Below are positions 19,470 to 27,398 of a stretch of DNA of 64,000 bases, piece by piece (the stretch's first letter is position 1; the number at the start of each line of letters is the position of its first letter). Made by a program: the position numbers and the translations under genes. Source of the stretch: Eubacteriales bacterium (GTDB lineage: Bacteria > Bacillota > Clostridia > Oscillospirales > CAG-272); the NCBI GenBank assembly GCA_045597145.1, contig JAZODU010000018.1, forward strand, positions 24,894-88,893, written 5' to 3'. The notes under the pieces are model-generated. The model worked only from the letters and a program-made list of their open reading frames with translations, had not been told where the DNA came from and made no database searches.

Positions 19470-20243
19470 ATGTACTATAACAAAGTGGAGCTCTGCGGGC
19501 TGAACACCTCGCAGCTCAAGGTTTTGACCGACGAGGAAAAGCACGACCTACTGTTGCGCGTAAAGGGGGGAGATGAGGAAGCACGGCAGGAGCTGATCCA
19601 AGGGAATCTGCGCCTCGTGCTCTCCATCATTCAGCGCTTTTCGGGGCGTCGCGAGAACCCGGGCGATCTGTTTCAGGTCGGCTGTATAGGCCTTGTCAAG
19701 GCGGTGGACAACTTCAACACCGATCTGGACGTCAAGTTTTCGACCTACGCCGTACCCATGATCATCGGAGAGATACGGCGGTATCTGCGTGACAACAACG
19801 CCATTCGCATCAGCCGCTCGGTGCGTGACCTCGCCTACCGCGCATTGCAGGCTCGCGAGGAGCTGATCGCAAGCCGCGAGCGCGAGCCGAGCGTGGACGA
19901 GATCGCGGCGGTATTGGGAGAAAAGCGCGAGGCAGTGCTGCACGCGATGGAGGCGATCGTTGAGCCGATCTCGCTTTACGAGCCCGTGTTCAACGAGGGG
20001 GGCGACGCGCTATACCTGATGGATCAGCTGTCGGATTCCTCAACGGGCGACGAGGTGTGGCTGGAAAACATCGTTCTGCGGGAAGCGATGAAAAGCCTCA
20101 ACGAGCGCGAGCGCAAGATCATCAACCTGCGCTTTTACCGCAACAAAACGCAGATGGAGATCGCCGACGAGATCGGCATCTCGCAGGCGCAGGTGTCACG
20201 CCTTGAAAAGGGCGCACTCGAAAAAATGCGGCGGCAGCTGTGA
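19470..20243 (+). CDS. sigG: Sporulation sigma factor SigG
   Basis: Collinear with B. subtilis SigG as I remember it: NKVE(I/L)CG..TS.L.VL, GNLRLVLS(V/I)IQRF, DLFQVGCIGL(M/V)K, KFSTYAVPMIIGEIRRYLRDNN.IR(V/I)SRS, GISQAQVSRLEK. Discrimination from SigF is by those N-terminal motifs. Confidence 0.85.
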   Translation: MYYNKVELCGLNTSQLKVLTDEEKHDLLLRVKGGDEEARQELIQGNLRLVLSIIQRFSGRRENPGDLFQVGCIGLVKAVDNFNTDLDVKFSTYAVPMIIGEIRRYLRDNNAIRISRSVRDLAYRALQAREELIASREREPSVDEIAAVLGEKREAVLHAMEAIVEPISLYEPVFNEGGDALYLMDQLSDSSTGDEVWLENIVLREAMKSLNERERKIINLRFYRNKTQMEIADEIGISQAQVSRLEKGALEKMRRQL

Positions 20244-20253
20244 TGCAGGGAAT

Positions 20254-20303
20254 GCGAGTGGGAGGGAGAGAACGCGTGAAAGAGTTCTCTCCCTCCCACT
20301 CGC
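20254..20303. repeat. Perfect 20-bp inverted repeat (hairpin) downstream of sigG
   Basis: GCGAGTGGGAGGGAGAGAAC - 10 nt - GTTCTCTCCCTCCCACTCGC. There is no adjacent T-tract. Confidence 0.85.
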
Positions 20304-20342
20304 GCTCCCCTACCCTCTTTCAGAACCTTTATAAGGGATTGA

Positions 20343-21000
20343 GATTTACGGAGAAAAGACCTTGTCGTTCATAACAACGCAGGAGCGGCATGCCTTGTTC
20401 AAGGCATCGCGAATGCTCCGATAGACATAAACGTATCCGTCAGGGAATCGCACCTTCTCCGTCTCTTGGATATAATCTCTCCCGATTTTAAGGAGCGGCT
20501 TTTGAACGGACCGCGTTGCTTTCGGATATCAGATACCTTGATCGCGGAGATAGAAAAGCTTTTAGATCAGTGCAACCTGTTAAGCTCGAAGCAGGTAAAC
20601 AAGAAAAACGGCTTGCTGTGCTCGGTTATTTTGTTGCTGTTACAGGAATTAAACCGTATTCAGCTAAACGTGCATGAGGATTTTTCTCCGTTCATGAAAA
20701 AGCTACTTCCCTTCACAAAAAAAGGAATTTCTCCGCTATTCCGTTGCCGACTTGCAAAAGGCTTTGAATGATTCGTCGGCGCATCTCAACCGTCTGTTCA
20801 AAGTACAATTTGGCATGACACCGCACGAATATTTACAAAGAAATAAATTTCGCTATGCGCGCAACCTTTTGCAAAGCACGGATATGAGCATGGCAGAAAT
20901 CGCAGCCGAAATCGGTTATTCGAATCTGTCACACTTCTTCAACAACTTCAAAAGGTATTACGGCATCACCCCGGGCAAATACCGCGCAGAAAAAGCTTGA
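20343..21000 (+). pseudogene. AraC-family regulator remnant (5'-truncated and frameshifted)
   Basis: Track ORFs 20466..20771 and 20752..21000 are two frames of one gene. Frame 2 carries the AraC HTH (VADLQKALNDSSAHLNRLFK...MAEIAAEIGYSNLSHFFNNFKRYYGITPGKYR). The frames can only be joined between 20698 and 20725, which includes an A7 run (20717-20723). The open frame starts only at 20343, so most of the N-terminal sensor domain is missing. The region is AT-richer than its flanks. Confidence 0.65.
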
Positions 21001-21137
21001 TCGTATTCCTCTTTGTCAGGTGCACGTTTACTTGACACGCAGAGCGTTTTATGATATACCACGCAAAAAAACTTCACCTCAATCCCCTGTAACAGGATCT
21101 CGCATGAGCGCCAAGTCCAAGGCATTGCTTTTCTCAC

Positions 21138-21164
21138 GGGGGAAATCTTTTTTGGATTTCCCCC
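21138..21164. repeat. G-rich palindromic hairpin with T-run loop
   Basis: GGGGGAAATC-TTTTTTG-GATTTCCCCC, between the AraC remnant and the tRNA promoter. Confidence 0.7.
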
Positions 21165-21184
21165 GAAAAAGTTTCAAAAAGGGC

Positions 21185-21213
21185 TTGCAATTTTGAAAAA
21201 GGTGTGATATAAT
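21185..21213 (+). promoter_or_regulatory. Promoter of the tRNA gene
   Basis: TTGCAA (21185-21190), 17 nt, TATAAT (21208-21213). Confidence 0.6.
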
Positions 21214-21230
21214 ATCTTGCGTACGAATAC

Positions 21231-21307
<77 letters not shown>

Positions 21308-21343
21308 ATAAAAAGGAGTAGACTTCAGTCTACTCCTTTTTAT
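21308..21343 (+). terminator. tRNA terminator
   Basis: ATAAAAAGGAGTAGAC-TTCA-GTCTACTCCTTTTTAT. Confidence 0.75.
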
Positions 21344-21386
21344 TGCGGTAAGATAATCGACCGAGAACTCTGCCAATTCCGCTCGC

Positions 21387-21475
21387 GGAATTGGCTAGAA
21401 CGCGCGGTAGCACAAACGACCGCATCTCACCGCATTTGCCGCGCGTTTGAGTTCTGAGTCTCCCTGTTTCCACCA
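21387..21475 (+). pseudogene. Degenerate tRNA-like remnant ending in a copy of the tRNA 3' end
   Basis: TTGGCTAGAACGCGCGGT versus TTGGTTAGAGCGCACGGT of the intact tRNA (3 mismatches in 18). The 3' part GAGTTCTGAGTCTCCCTGTTTCCACCA (21449-21475) matches the tRNA 3' end GAGTTCGAGTCTCCCTGTTTCCACCA apart from one extra T. It cannot be folded into a cloverleaf. Confidence 0.5.
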
Positions 21476-21545
21476 AGGTCTTTTTCTTCGCTGAATCCTG
21501 CGGCTCGCACTGCACATACACACAGCACACTTTTCGCGCACGCTC

Positions 21546-21573
21546 GAGTTCTGAGTCTCCCTGTTTCCCACCA
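21546..21573 (+). repeat. Third copy of the tRNA 3'-end segment
   Basis: GAGTTCTGAGTCTCCCTGTTTCCCACCA. It shares the extra T with the copy at 21449-21475 and has one extra C. Confidence 0.65.
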
Positions 21574-21737
21574 AAAAACAAACATTCGGGCTTATTTTTA
21601 TCGTTGCGGCGGCAACGGTATACTGATAAATCCCCCTCCCCAAATGCACTTCTGCGAAGCCCCCCGCGCCTTTACGGTGTTTAGCCGTCAAGACGCGGAG
21701 GGCTCTTGTGGGAAAGGTTTTAGCGGGTGAGGGGGAT

Positions 21738-21780
21738 GGGGAGAGGGAGCCTTTTTCCTTAAAAAGGTCTCCCTCTCCCC
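21738..21780. repeat. GGGAG/CTTTTT..AAAAAG/CTCCC palindromic element (terminator position after kdgK)
   Basis: GGGGAGAGGGAGCCTTTTTCCTTAAAAAGGTCTCCCTCTCCCC. Confidence 0.8.
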
Positions 21781-21803
21781 ATATTCTTTCTCTTCTTACA
21801 ATC

Positions 21804-22832
21804 TTATCTCTGGATTCTTCCCGAGCCGTCGCCGCCCGCGAGCTTTTCAACCTCTGCAAGCGTTACCATGTTGTAGTCACCCTCGATGGAGTGCTTGAGC
21901 GCGGATGCAGCAACCGCAAACTCAACAGCAGCCTGCGTGGACTTACCGTTCATCAGAGAGTAGATCAGACCGCCACCAAAGCTGTCACCGCCGCCAACGC
22001 GGTCGATGATGTGCAGCTCGTACTTCTTGGAGAAGCAGTACTCGTCGCCCTTAACGTCGTAGAGCATTGCGGACCAACCGTTATCAAATGCGCTGTGGCT
22101 CTCACGAAGCGTGATCGCAACGTACTCGAAGCCAAACTTGTCCGCCAGCTGCTTTGCAACAGACTTGTAGCCCTCGTGATTCAGCTTACCGCCGTAAATA
22201 TCGGTCGCCTCTGCCTCGATACCGAACACGTCCTTTGCGTCCTCCTCGTTGGAGATGCAAACGTCAACGTACCGGCACAGCTCGGTCATAGCCTCGCGTG
22301 CTTCTGCACGGGTCCAGAGCTTGCCGCGGTAGTTCAGGTCGCAGGAGATCTTGAGCCCCTTTGCCTTTGCAGCCTTACAAGCCTCCTTGCAGATTGCAAC
22401 AACGTTTGCACCGAGTGCGGGCGTGATTCCCGTGAAGTGGAACCACTCGGCACCCTCGAAAATGCTGTCCCAATCAAAATCAGCGGTCGTAGCCTTTGCA
22501 ATTGCGGAGTTCGCGCGGTCGTAAATGCAGACCGAGCCTCTCTGCGAGGCACCCTTTTCGTTGAAGTAGATACCCACTCTGTCGCCGCCGCGCGTGATCT
22601 TGGAGATATCAACGCCATATCTGCGCAGGCTGTTGACTGCTGCCTGACCGATGGCGTGCGTGGGAAGCTTGGTGACGTATGCAACGTCCATGCCGTAGTT
22701 GGCAAGAGAAACCGCTACGTTTGCCTCGCCGCCGCCGAACGTGAACTCAACGTGGTCGCACTGTACGAATCTTTCATAGTTATAGGGCTGAAGGCGAAGC
22801 ATCAGCTCACCGAACGTAACAACTTTTTTCAT
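21804..22832 (-). CDS. kdgK: 2-dehydro-3-deoxygluconokinase (PfkB family)
   Basis: MKKVVTFGELMLRLQP...FGGGEANVAVSLANYG and a C-terminal GGGDSFGGGLIY PfkB signature. It sits adjacent to eda. Confidence 0.85.
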   Translation of the reverse strand: MKKVVTFGELMLRLQPYNYERFVQCDHVEFTFGGGEANVAVSLANYGMDVAYVTKLPTHAIGQAAVNSLRRYGVDISKITRGGDRVGIYFNEKGASQRGSVCIYDRANSAIAKATTADFDWDSIFEGAEWFHFTGITPALGANVVAICKEACKAAKAKGLKISCDLNYRGKLWTRAEAREAMTELCRYVDVCISNEEDAKDVFGIEAEATDIYGGKLNHEGYKSVAKQLADKFGFEYVAITLRESHSAFDNGWSAMLYDVKGDEYCFSKKYELHIIDRVGGGDSFGGGLIYSLMNGKSTQAAVEFAVAASALKHSIEGDYNMVTLAEVEKLAGGDGSGRIQR

Positions 22833-22852
22833 GTTATTCTCCTATATATCTA

Positions 22853-23809
22853 TTATTTTACAAGGTGGTATGCAAAGCCGTCGATCTCGTCTGCAAGATA
22901 GATGAACTTCATGTTGCCTGCCGCATCGTAGGTTGCGCTATCCATGTCGAACTTCACGCCGCGACGGGAGAGATGGTAAACAGCACGGTCAACGCTGTTG
23001 ACGCTGATGCCGATGTGTCCGTGCGTACCGGGGCCCTTCTCGTTCATCAGTTCGATCGCAGAGCTTGCGAAGATGGACTTGGAGGTTTCGTTAGCCGCAA
23101 AGGAGAATGCGTTTGCAAGGGTTGCAGCCGCCTCCTTCGAGGTGGTGTTGCAGGGGTTGATGCCAACGTGGCGGAACTTCATGCCAAGCATGGTGTCAAC
23201 AGCCTCTCGAACGAGCTTCTCGATACCTGCAAAGTCGCCTGCCGCGATCATGTCGGGATTGACCATCCAGGAGCCGCCGCAGCAAAGGATCTTCGGGTTA
23301 GCGAGATAGTCGCACACGTTTGCGGGATTGACGCCACCCGTGGGCATAAACTTGACCGCGCCGTAAGGTGCCGCCATTGCCTTGATCATGTTCAGTCCGC
23401 CCGACTGCTCTGCGGGGAAGAACTTAACGACGTCAAGACCGAGAGAAAGCGCCTGCTCAATGCCCGAGGGATTGTTGATGCCGGGAACGATAGGGCAGCC
23501 CTTCTGCTGGCAATACTTGACGATCTCGGGGTTGAAGCCGGGGCTGACGATGAATTTTGCGCCTGCCTCGATCGCGTCGTCAACCTGCGCGGTGGTCAGC
23601 ACCGTGCCCGCACCCACGATCATGTCGGGATACTCCTTGGCAATGATCGCGATCGCTTCCTTCGCCGCCGCGGTACGGAAGGTGACCTCTGCGCAAGGAA
23701 GGCCTCCGTCGATCAGAGCCTTTGCAAGGGGCGCTGCGTCCTTCGCATTGTCGATTTTGATGACCGGTACGATACCGATCAGAGAAAGCTGTTTTACTAC
23801 TTCGTTCAC
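22853..23809 (-). CDS. eda: KDPG/KHG aldolase fused to a C-terminal VOC (glyoxalase-like) domain
   Basis: Start reassigned to GTG 23809 (GGAGGA RBS 8 nt upstream). The upstream 44 codons of the track ORF have no RBS and run into a hairpin. The aldolase part has VPVIKIDNAKDA..L..GGLPCAEVTFRT and VKFMPTGGV. An extra ~115 aa (MKFRHVGINP...GHIGISVNSVDRA...) looks VOC-like. Confidence 0.8.
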   Translation of the reverse strand: MNEVVKQLSLIGIVPVIKIDNAKDAAPLAKALIDGGLPCAEVTFRTAAAKEAIAIIAKEYPDMIVGAGTVLTTAQVDDAIEAGAKFIVSPGFNPEIVKYCQQKGCPIVPGINNPSGIEQALSLGLDVVKFFPAEQSGGLNMIKAMAAPYGAVKFMPTGGVNPANVCDYLANPKILCCGGSWMVNPDMIAAGDFAGIEKLVREAVDTMLGMKFRHVGINPCNTTSKEAAATLANAFSFAANETSKSIFASSAIELMNEKGPGTHGHIGISVNSVDRAVYHLSRRGVKFDMDSATYDAAGNMKFIYLADEIDGFAYHLVK

Positions 23810-23922
23810 TTTAGTGTCCTCCAAAGTATAAATTTCTACATCTACAATTCTACACCAATTCTCCCCGTCTGTCAAGTGGTTTTGGGGATTTTTTGGTGAA
23901 AAAGCTTGTGAGAGAGAGGTAC

Positions 23923-23954
23923 GGGGAGAACCTTTTTTCAAAAAGATTCTCCCC
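23923..23954. repeat. GGGAG/CTTTTT..AAAAAG/CTCCC palindromic element
   Basis: GGGGAGAACCTTTTTTCAAAAAGATTCTCCCC, just downstream of the regulator stop at 23969. Confidence 0.8.
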
Positions 23955-23968
23955 GAAACCGCGCCCCC

Positions 23969-25012
23969 TCACACCTCTACCCCATACTTCGCCAGCAGAA
24001 CGGGGATTTCGGACTTAGAGGAGACGGCGCAAAGCTTTTTCATTTTTTTGATGCGGTATTTCACGCCGTTGTCGCTCAAAAAGGCGGATTCCCCAATGGC
24101 GTTGCAATTTTCGGCAAGGTGACGGAGAATGTGCAGGTCGGTTTCGTCGCACGCGGACAGCAGGTGCTCGATCCGCATCAGCTCCGAAAGCTCCCCGTCG
24201 GTATAGATCGGATCGGCGGGCGCATCGGCATGCACGCCCACGTGCACGGGCGCACGCGCGCCGTCCAGATCCGCACGCGGATCGACCGTGACTCGCATCC
24301 CCGCAAACGTGGGATTGGCAGACAAGCAATCTGCGATTTCAAACGCCGCCGCGGCAACCGAGGAATGATCCACGGTGACGGACAGGATCTGCGGAAACCG
24401 CATAATCAGCTGGGCGTTTGAGTGCACGGCGATACAAATACCATCCGCCGACACCTCGCACAGACGCAGATGGTTGAACAGCGATACCGCCGCAAAATCG
24501 TTGGCGCAGATCACCGCGTCAAAAGGGGCTTTCAAATGGGTGCTGTAAAAGCGCTCAAAGCAATCCTTCAGCGAGCCGTGATTTTCAAACACCGCGCCGT
24601 CCGAAAAGCAATTTTCAAAGGCGTTTTTGCGTGAGATGTCCGAAAAGGATGCGGGGTTCATACCGTAAAACGCCGTGCGTTGTCTGCCGTGGCGCCAAAA
24701 ATGCGCCGAAAGCATATCCATAAAACGATTATAGTCGGTTTTCACACAGCTGTATTTCCCCAAAAACGGATAATCGGGCAGCTCGTTGAGCAGGATCGGA
24801 TGCGCCCCCATGCTCTGAAGTGCCGCCACCGTTTGCCCCAGCCACGCAACCGAGGCACCCGGCACGAACACGTTTTTCTCCCCCGCCACCTCGTCAAGAG
24901 AATCGGCAAAGGTCAGCTGCACTCTTTTCTTGTGCGCCTGGTTTTTCAAGGCATCGACACAGCTGCGATACCAGTTTGTGGTTGCATAATTCGGCTCGCT
25001 GACCATGTGCAT
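23969..25012 (-). CDS. Transcriptional regulator: LacI-type sugar-binding core with C-terminal LuxR/GerE-like HTH
   Basis: Only the last 348 codons of track ORF 23969..26698 look real. Start ATG 25012 or 25006, preceded by GGAGGA. Core motifs DAVICANDFAAVSLFNHL and ICIAVHSNAQL...ILSVTVD resemble LacI/PBP type I. The C-terminus ETDLHILRHLAENCNAIGESAFLSDNGVKYRIKKMKKL resembles a LuxR-type HTH. Confidence 0.55.
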   Translation of the reverse strand: MHMVSEPNYATTNWYRSCVDALKNQAHKKRVQLTFADSLDEVAGEKNVFVPGASVAWLGQTVAALQSMGAHPILLNELPDYPFLGKYSCVKTDYNRFMDMLSAHFWRHGRQRTAFYGMNPASFSDISRKNAFENCFSDGAVFENHGSLKDCFERFYSTHLKAPFDAVICANDFAAVSLFNHLRLCEVSADGICIAVHSNAQLIMRFPQILSVTVDHSSVAAAAFEIADCLSANPTFAGMRVTVDPRADLDGARAPVHVGVHADAPADPIYTDGELSELMRIEHLLSACDETDLHILRHLAENCNAIGESAFLSDNGVKYRIKKMKKLCAVSSKSEIPVLLAKYGVEV

Positions 25013-25039
25013 GGTGTCCTCCGTGTAATTTTTTGTGAA

Positions 25040-26715
25040 AAGACCGACGTCGATTACGACGTATTCATAATTGAAAACGAGTACGTCAAAACGCAGGTCG
25101 TGCCCGCTCTGGGTGGTAAGATCCTGCGCGGCTACGACAAGGTCGGCACGCATGATCTTATTTATTACAACGAGGTCGTCAAGCCCGCGCTGGTCGGCAT
25201 CGCAGATCCTTGGATCTCGGGTGGCATCGAATTTAACTGGTCCCAGCACCACCGCCCCACGACCTACATGCCTCTTGAGGCAGTGATCGAGGAGAACGCA
25301 GACGGCGGCAAGACCGTTTGGACGGGCGAGGTCGAGCCCATGAACCGCATGAAGGGCATGGTAGGCATCACCGTCGACAAGGGTCGCTCCTACATCAAGG
25401 CAAAGGTGCGCGTTTACAACCGCACCGCGCTCCCCCAGCTCTTTATGTGGTGGGCAAACCTTGCCGTTCCCGTAAACAACGACTACCGCACCGTTTTCCC
25501 GCCCGACTGTGAGTGGGTCAACGACCACGACCGCCGCGCAGTTCTTGATTGACCGATCGCAAAGGGCGTTTACAAGACCGCACGTCCCTACAACTTCGGA
25601 GAGGGCACGGATCTGTCGCGCTATGACGCTGTAAAGGTTCCCTCCTCTTATCTGATCTCGCAGGGTCAGTCCGACATGGACTTCATCGCAGGCTACGACA
25701 CGGGGATCAACAAGGGAATTGCTACCGTTGCCAATCATCACATCTCCTCCGGTAAAAAGATGTGGCACTGGGGCATCGGTGATTTCGGCGACATGTGGTG
25801 CTCCAACCTGACCGACGAAAACGGTCCCTACATCGAGCTGATGACCGGCATTTACACCGACAACCAGCCCGACTTTACCTGGATCGCGCCCTACGAGTCC
25901 AAGGCATTTGAGCAGTACTGGTATCCGATCCGCGATATCGGCGAGCCGAAGAACGCATCGATCGACGCCGCGATGAACATGGAGGAGCGCGACGGTGCCC
26001 TCTTCCTCGGCATCAACGTCACGGGCACGTTCAAGAACACCGTTGTGACCGTGAAGAAGGGTGACGAGGTCATCTACACCGAAAAATCGGACATGGATCC
26101 CACGACGTCTTATCTGCGAACGGTTGACATGAAGGGCGCAAAATACAAGGAGCTGACCGCAAGCCTTGTCTGCGAGTGCGGCAAGGAGCTGACCGAGGCA
26201 GGTCGCCTTGACGAGGCAGAGCAGATCTACATGAACGGGGTAAACATGCCCAAGTCCTACGGCGAGGCAAAGACCTTCTTCAATCAGGAGTCGCACATCT
26301 TCTACTATCTTGCAAAGCTTTATGCGAAGATGGGCAAGGCAGACCTTGAAAGAAAGGCGTACGAGAAAGCAGCAATCTACAAGGCGGCGGTTTCCGAGCT
26401 TTCCCTGTTCCGTGCGTGGGCGCTCAAGGCGTTGGGACGCGACGGCGAGGCGTGTGAGGTGCTGGACGAGATGCTCCGCGTTGCCGACAACTTTATCGTC
26501 AATAAGGATCTGCGCACCTACTGCGGTGTCGGCTCTCCCTCCCCATGCCCTTTGAATACGACATCGAAAAGAACAATCTGCGTGACGGTCACATCCTGCG
26601 CGCATTTGCACTTCTCGGCTACGGCAAGGTGGCAGAGGCTGAGGAATCCATCGCGGTCGCTCGCAAGCTTGATCCCAACGATTTTCGCATCCTTGCATTT
26701 GACAAGGTGAAGTGA
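25040..26715 (+). pseudogene. DUF5107/TPR-like protein gene, disrupted (no start, in-frame TGA, frameshift)
   Basis: Homology-like sequence (IIENEYVKTQVVPALGGKIL..., WWANLAVPVNNDYRTVFPPD...) starts about 30 nt from the divergent regulator start, with no start codon. There is an in-frame TGA at 25550-25552 (..RRAVLD*PIAKGVYK..). Track ORFs 24680..25552 and 25676..26710 are in the same frame. A frame change between 26506 and 26545 is needed to reach the plausible C-terminus MPFEYDIEKNNLRDGHILRAFALLGYGKVAEAEESIAVARKLDPNDFRILAFDKVK (stop 26713-26715). Confidence 0.6.
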
Positions 26716-26723
26716 TTTTTTAC

Positions 26724-26753
26724 GAGGGAGACTTTTTGAAAAAAGTCCCCCTC
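26724..26753. repeat. GGGAG/CTTTTT..AAAAAG/CTCCC palindromic element
   Basis: GAGGGAGACTTTTTGAAAAAAGTCCCCCTC; a T8 run follows 11 nt later. Confidence 0.8.
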
Positions 26754-26873
26754 TCGCTCCCCTCTTTTTTTTGTGCGCTGTTCGGCTGGGGCAGAATGTC
26801 CTTCTAACTCGTAAGACGTGGGGGCTTGTCTCCTGCCGTTTGTAAACAATTTTCATTTTTTCAAGCAATCCCC

Positions 26874-26902
26874 TTGCAAAGATTTTCGGTTCATGGTATA
26901 AT
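26874..26902 (+). promoter_or_regulatory. Promoter of the membrane-protein / SGNH / DUF4358 operon
   Basis: TTGCAA (26874-26879), 17 nt ending in TGG, TATAAT (26897-26902). Confidence 0.6.
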
Positions 26903-26936
26903 CTTTTTGATACTGATAAAAATAAGTGAGGACCGT

Positions 26937-27380
26937 ATGAATTCCACTAAAAAGAAAGCAGTAAAAGAAGAACCCTTGAGTTTCTTTCATTTATTGAAAA
27001 GCTGGTTTTGCGGCGGATTGCTCTGGTACGCCGTGATCTCCCTGTTGTGGCTTGTGGCAGGAAGTGCCACGGGCGTGGGCGATAAATTTTTGAACGTGCG
27101 CGCTTTTTTAATGATGTTTCCCTTCGGGCTTTGCATGTCCGCGGCGGGCATACTCTTTTCTTCTCCCAAGATCCGCCGTTGGCTGCGTATGCTCGGGCAC
27201 TACGTGATCACGATCGTTTCGTTCATGCTCTTCATTCTGCTCCCCAACCAAAACGCCGCCGCTCCCTTCAAGGCATCCTTTGTGATGATCCTGATCGTGC
27301 TTTTGACCTTGATCTACTGGTTCCTCTTTTTGTGCGTACATATCTTCAAAACAAAGATCAAACAGCTGTTTGAGGAGTAA
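26937..27380 (+). CDS. Small integral membrane protein, unknown function
   Basis: ATG 26937 (MNSTKKKAVKEEPLSFFHLLKSWF...). Four hydrophobic segments. The track ORF start 26826 lies upstream of the promoter. Confidence 0.6.
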   Translation: MNSTKKKAVKEEPLSFFHLLKSWFCGGLLWYAVISLLWLVAGSATGVGDKFLNVRAFLMMFPFGLCMSAAGILFSSPKIRRWLRMLGHYVITIVSFMLFILLPNQNAAAPFKASFVMILIVLLTLIYWFLFLCVHIFKTKIKQLFEE

Positions 27381-27398
27381 CGCGCAAAGGAGCTTTCC

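Noticed and set aside
21387-21575. I asked whether the repeated ~27-nt segments could be a mini CRISPR array.
   Set aside because: There are only two extra copies with unequal spacing. The repeat is the 3' end of the adjacent tRNA, and there are no cas genes. I saw no CRISPR array anywhere in the window.
21330-21859. ORFs 21330..21581 and 21395..21859 (minus strand) downstream of the tRNA.
   Set aside because: They run through the tRNA-end repeats and a palindromic hairpin. They have no RBS, and their composition is dictated by the repeats.
25550-25552. In-frame TGA as evidence for an alternative genetic code (TGA = Trp or Gly) or selenocysteine.
   Set aside because: TGA is used as a normal stop elsewhere in the window (for example sigG at 20241-20243). 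The same gene also has a frameshift and lacks a start, and I saw no SECIS-like hairpin immediately downstream.
25013-26698. The N-terminal ~560 codons of the 909-aa minus-strand ORF 23969..26698.
   Set aside because: Only the last 348 codons have an RBS-preceded ATG and regulator-like sequence. The upstream part is antisense to the DUF5107-like coding sequence on the plus strand.
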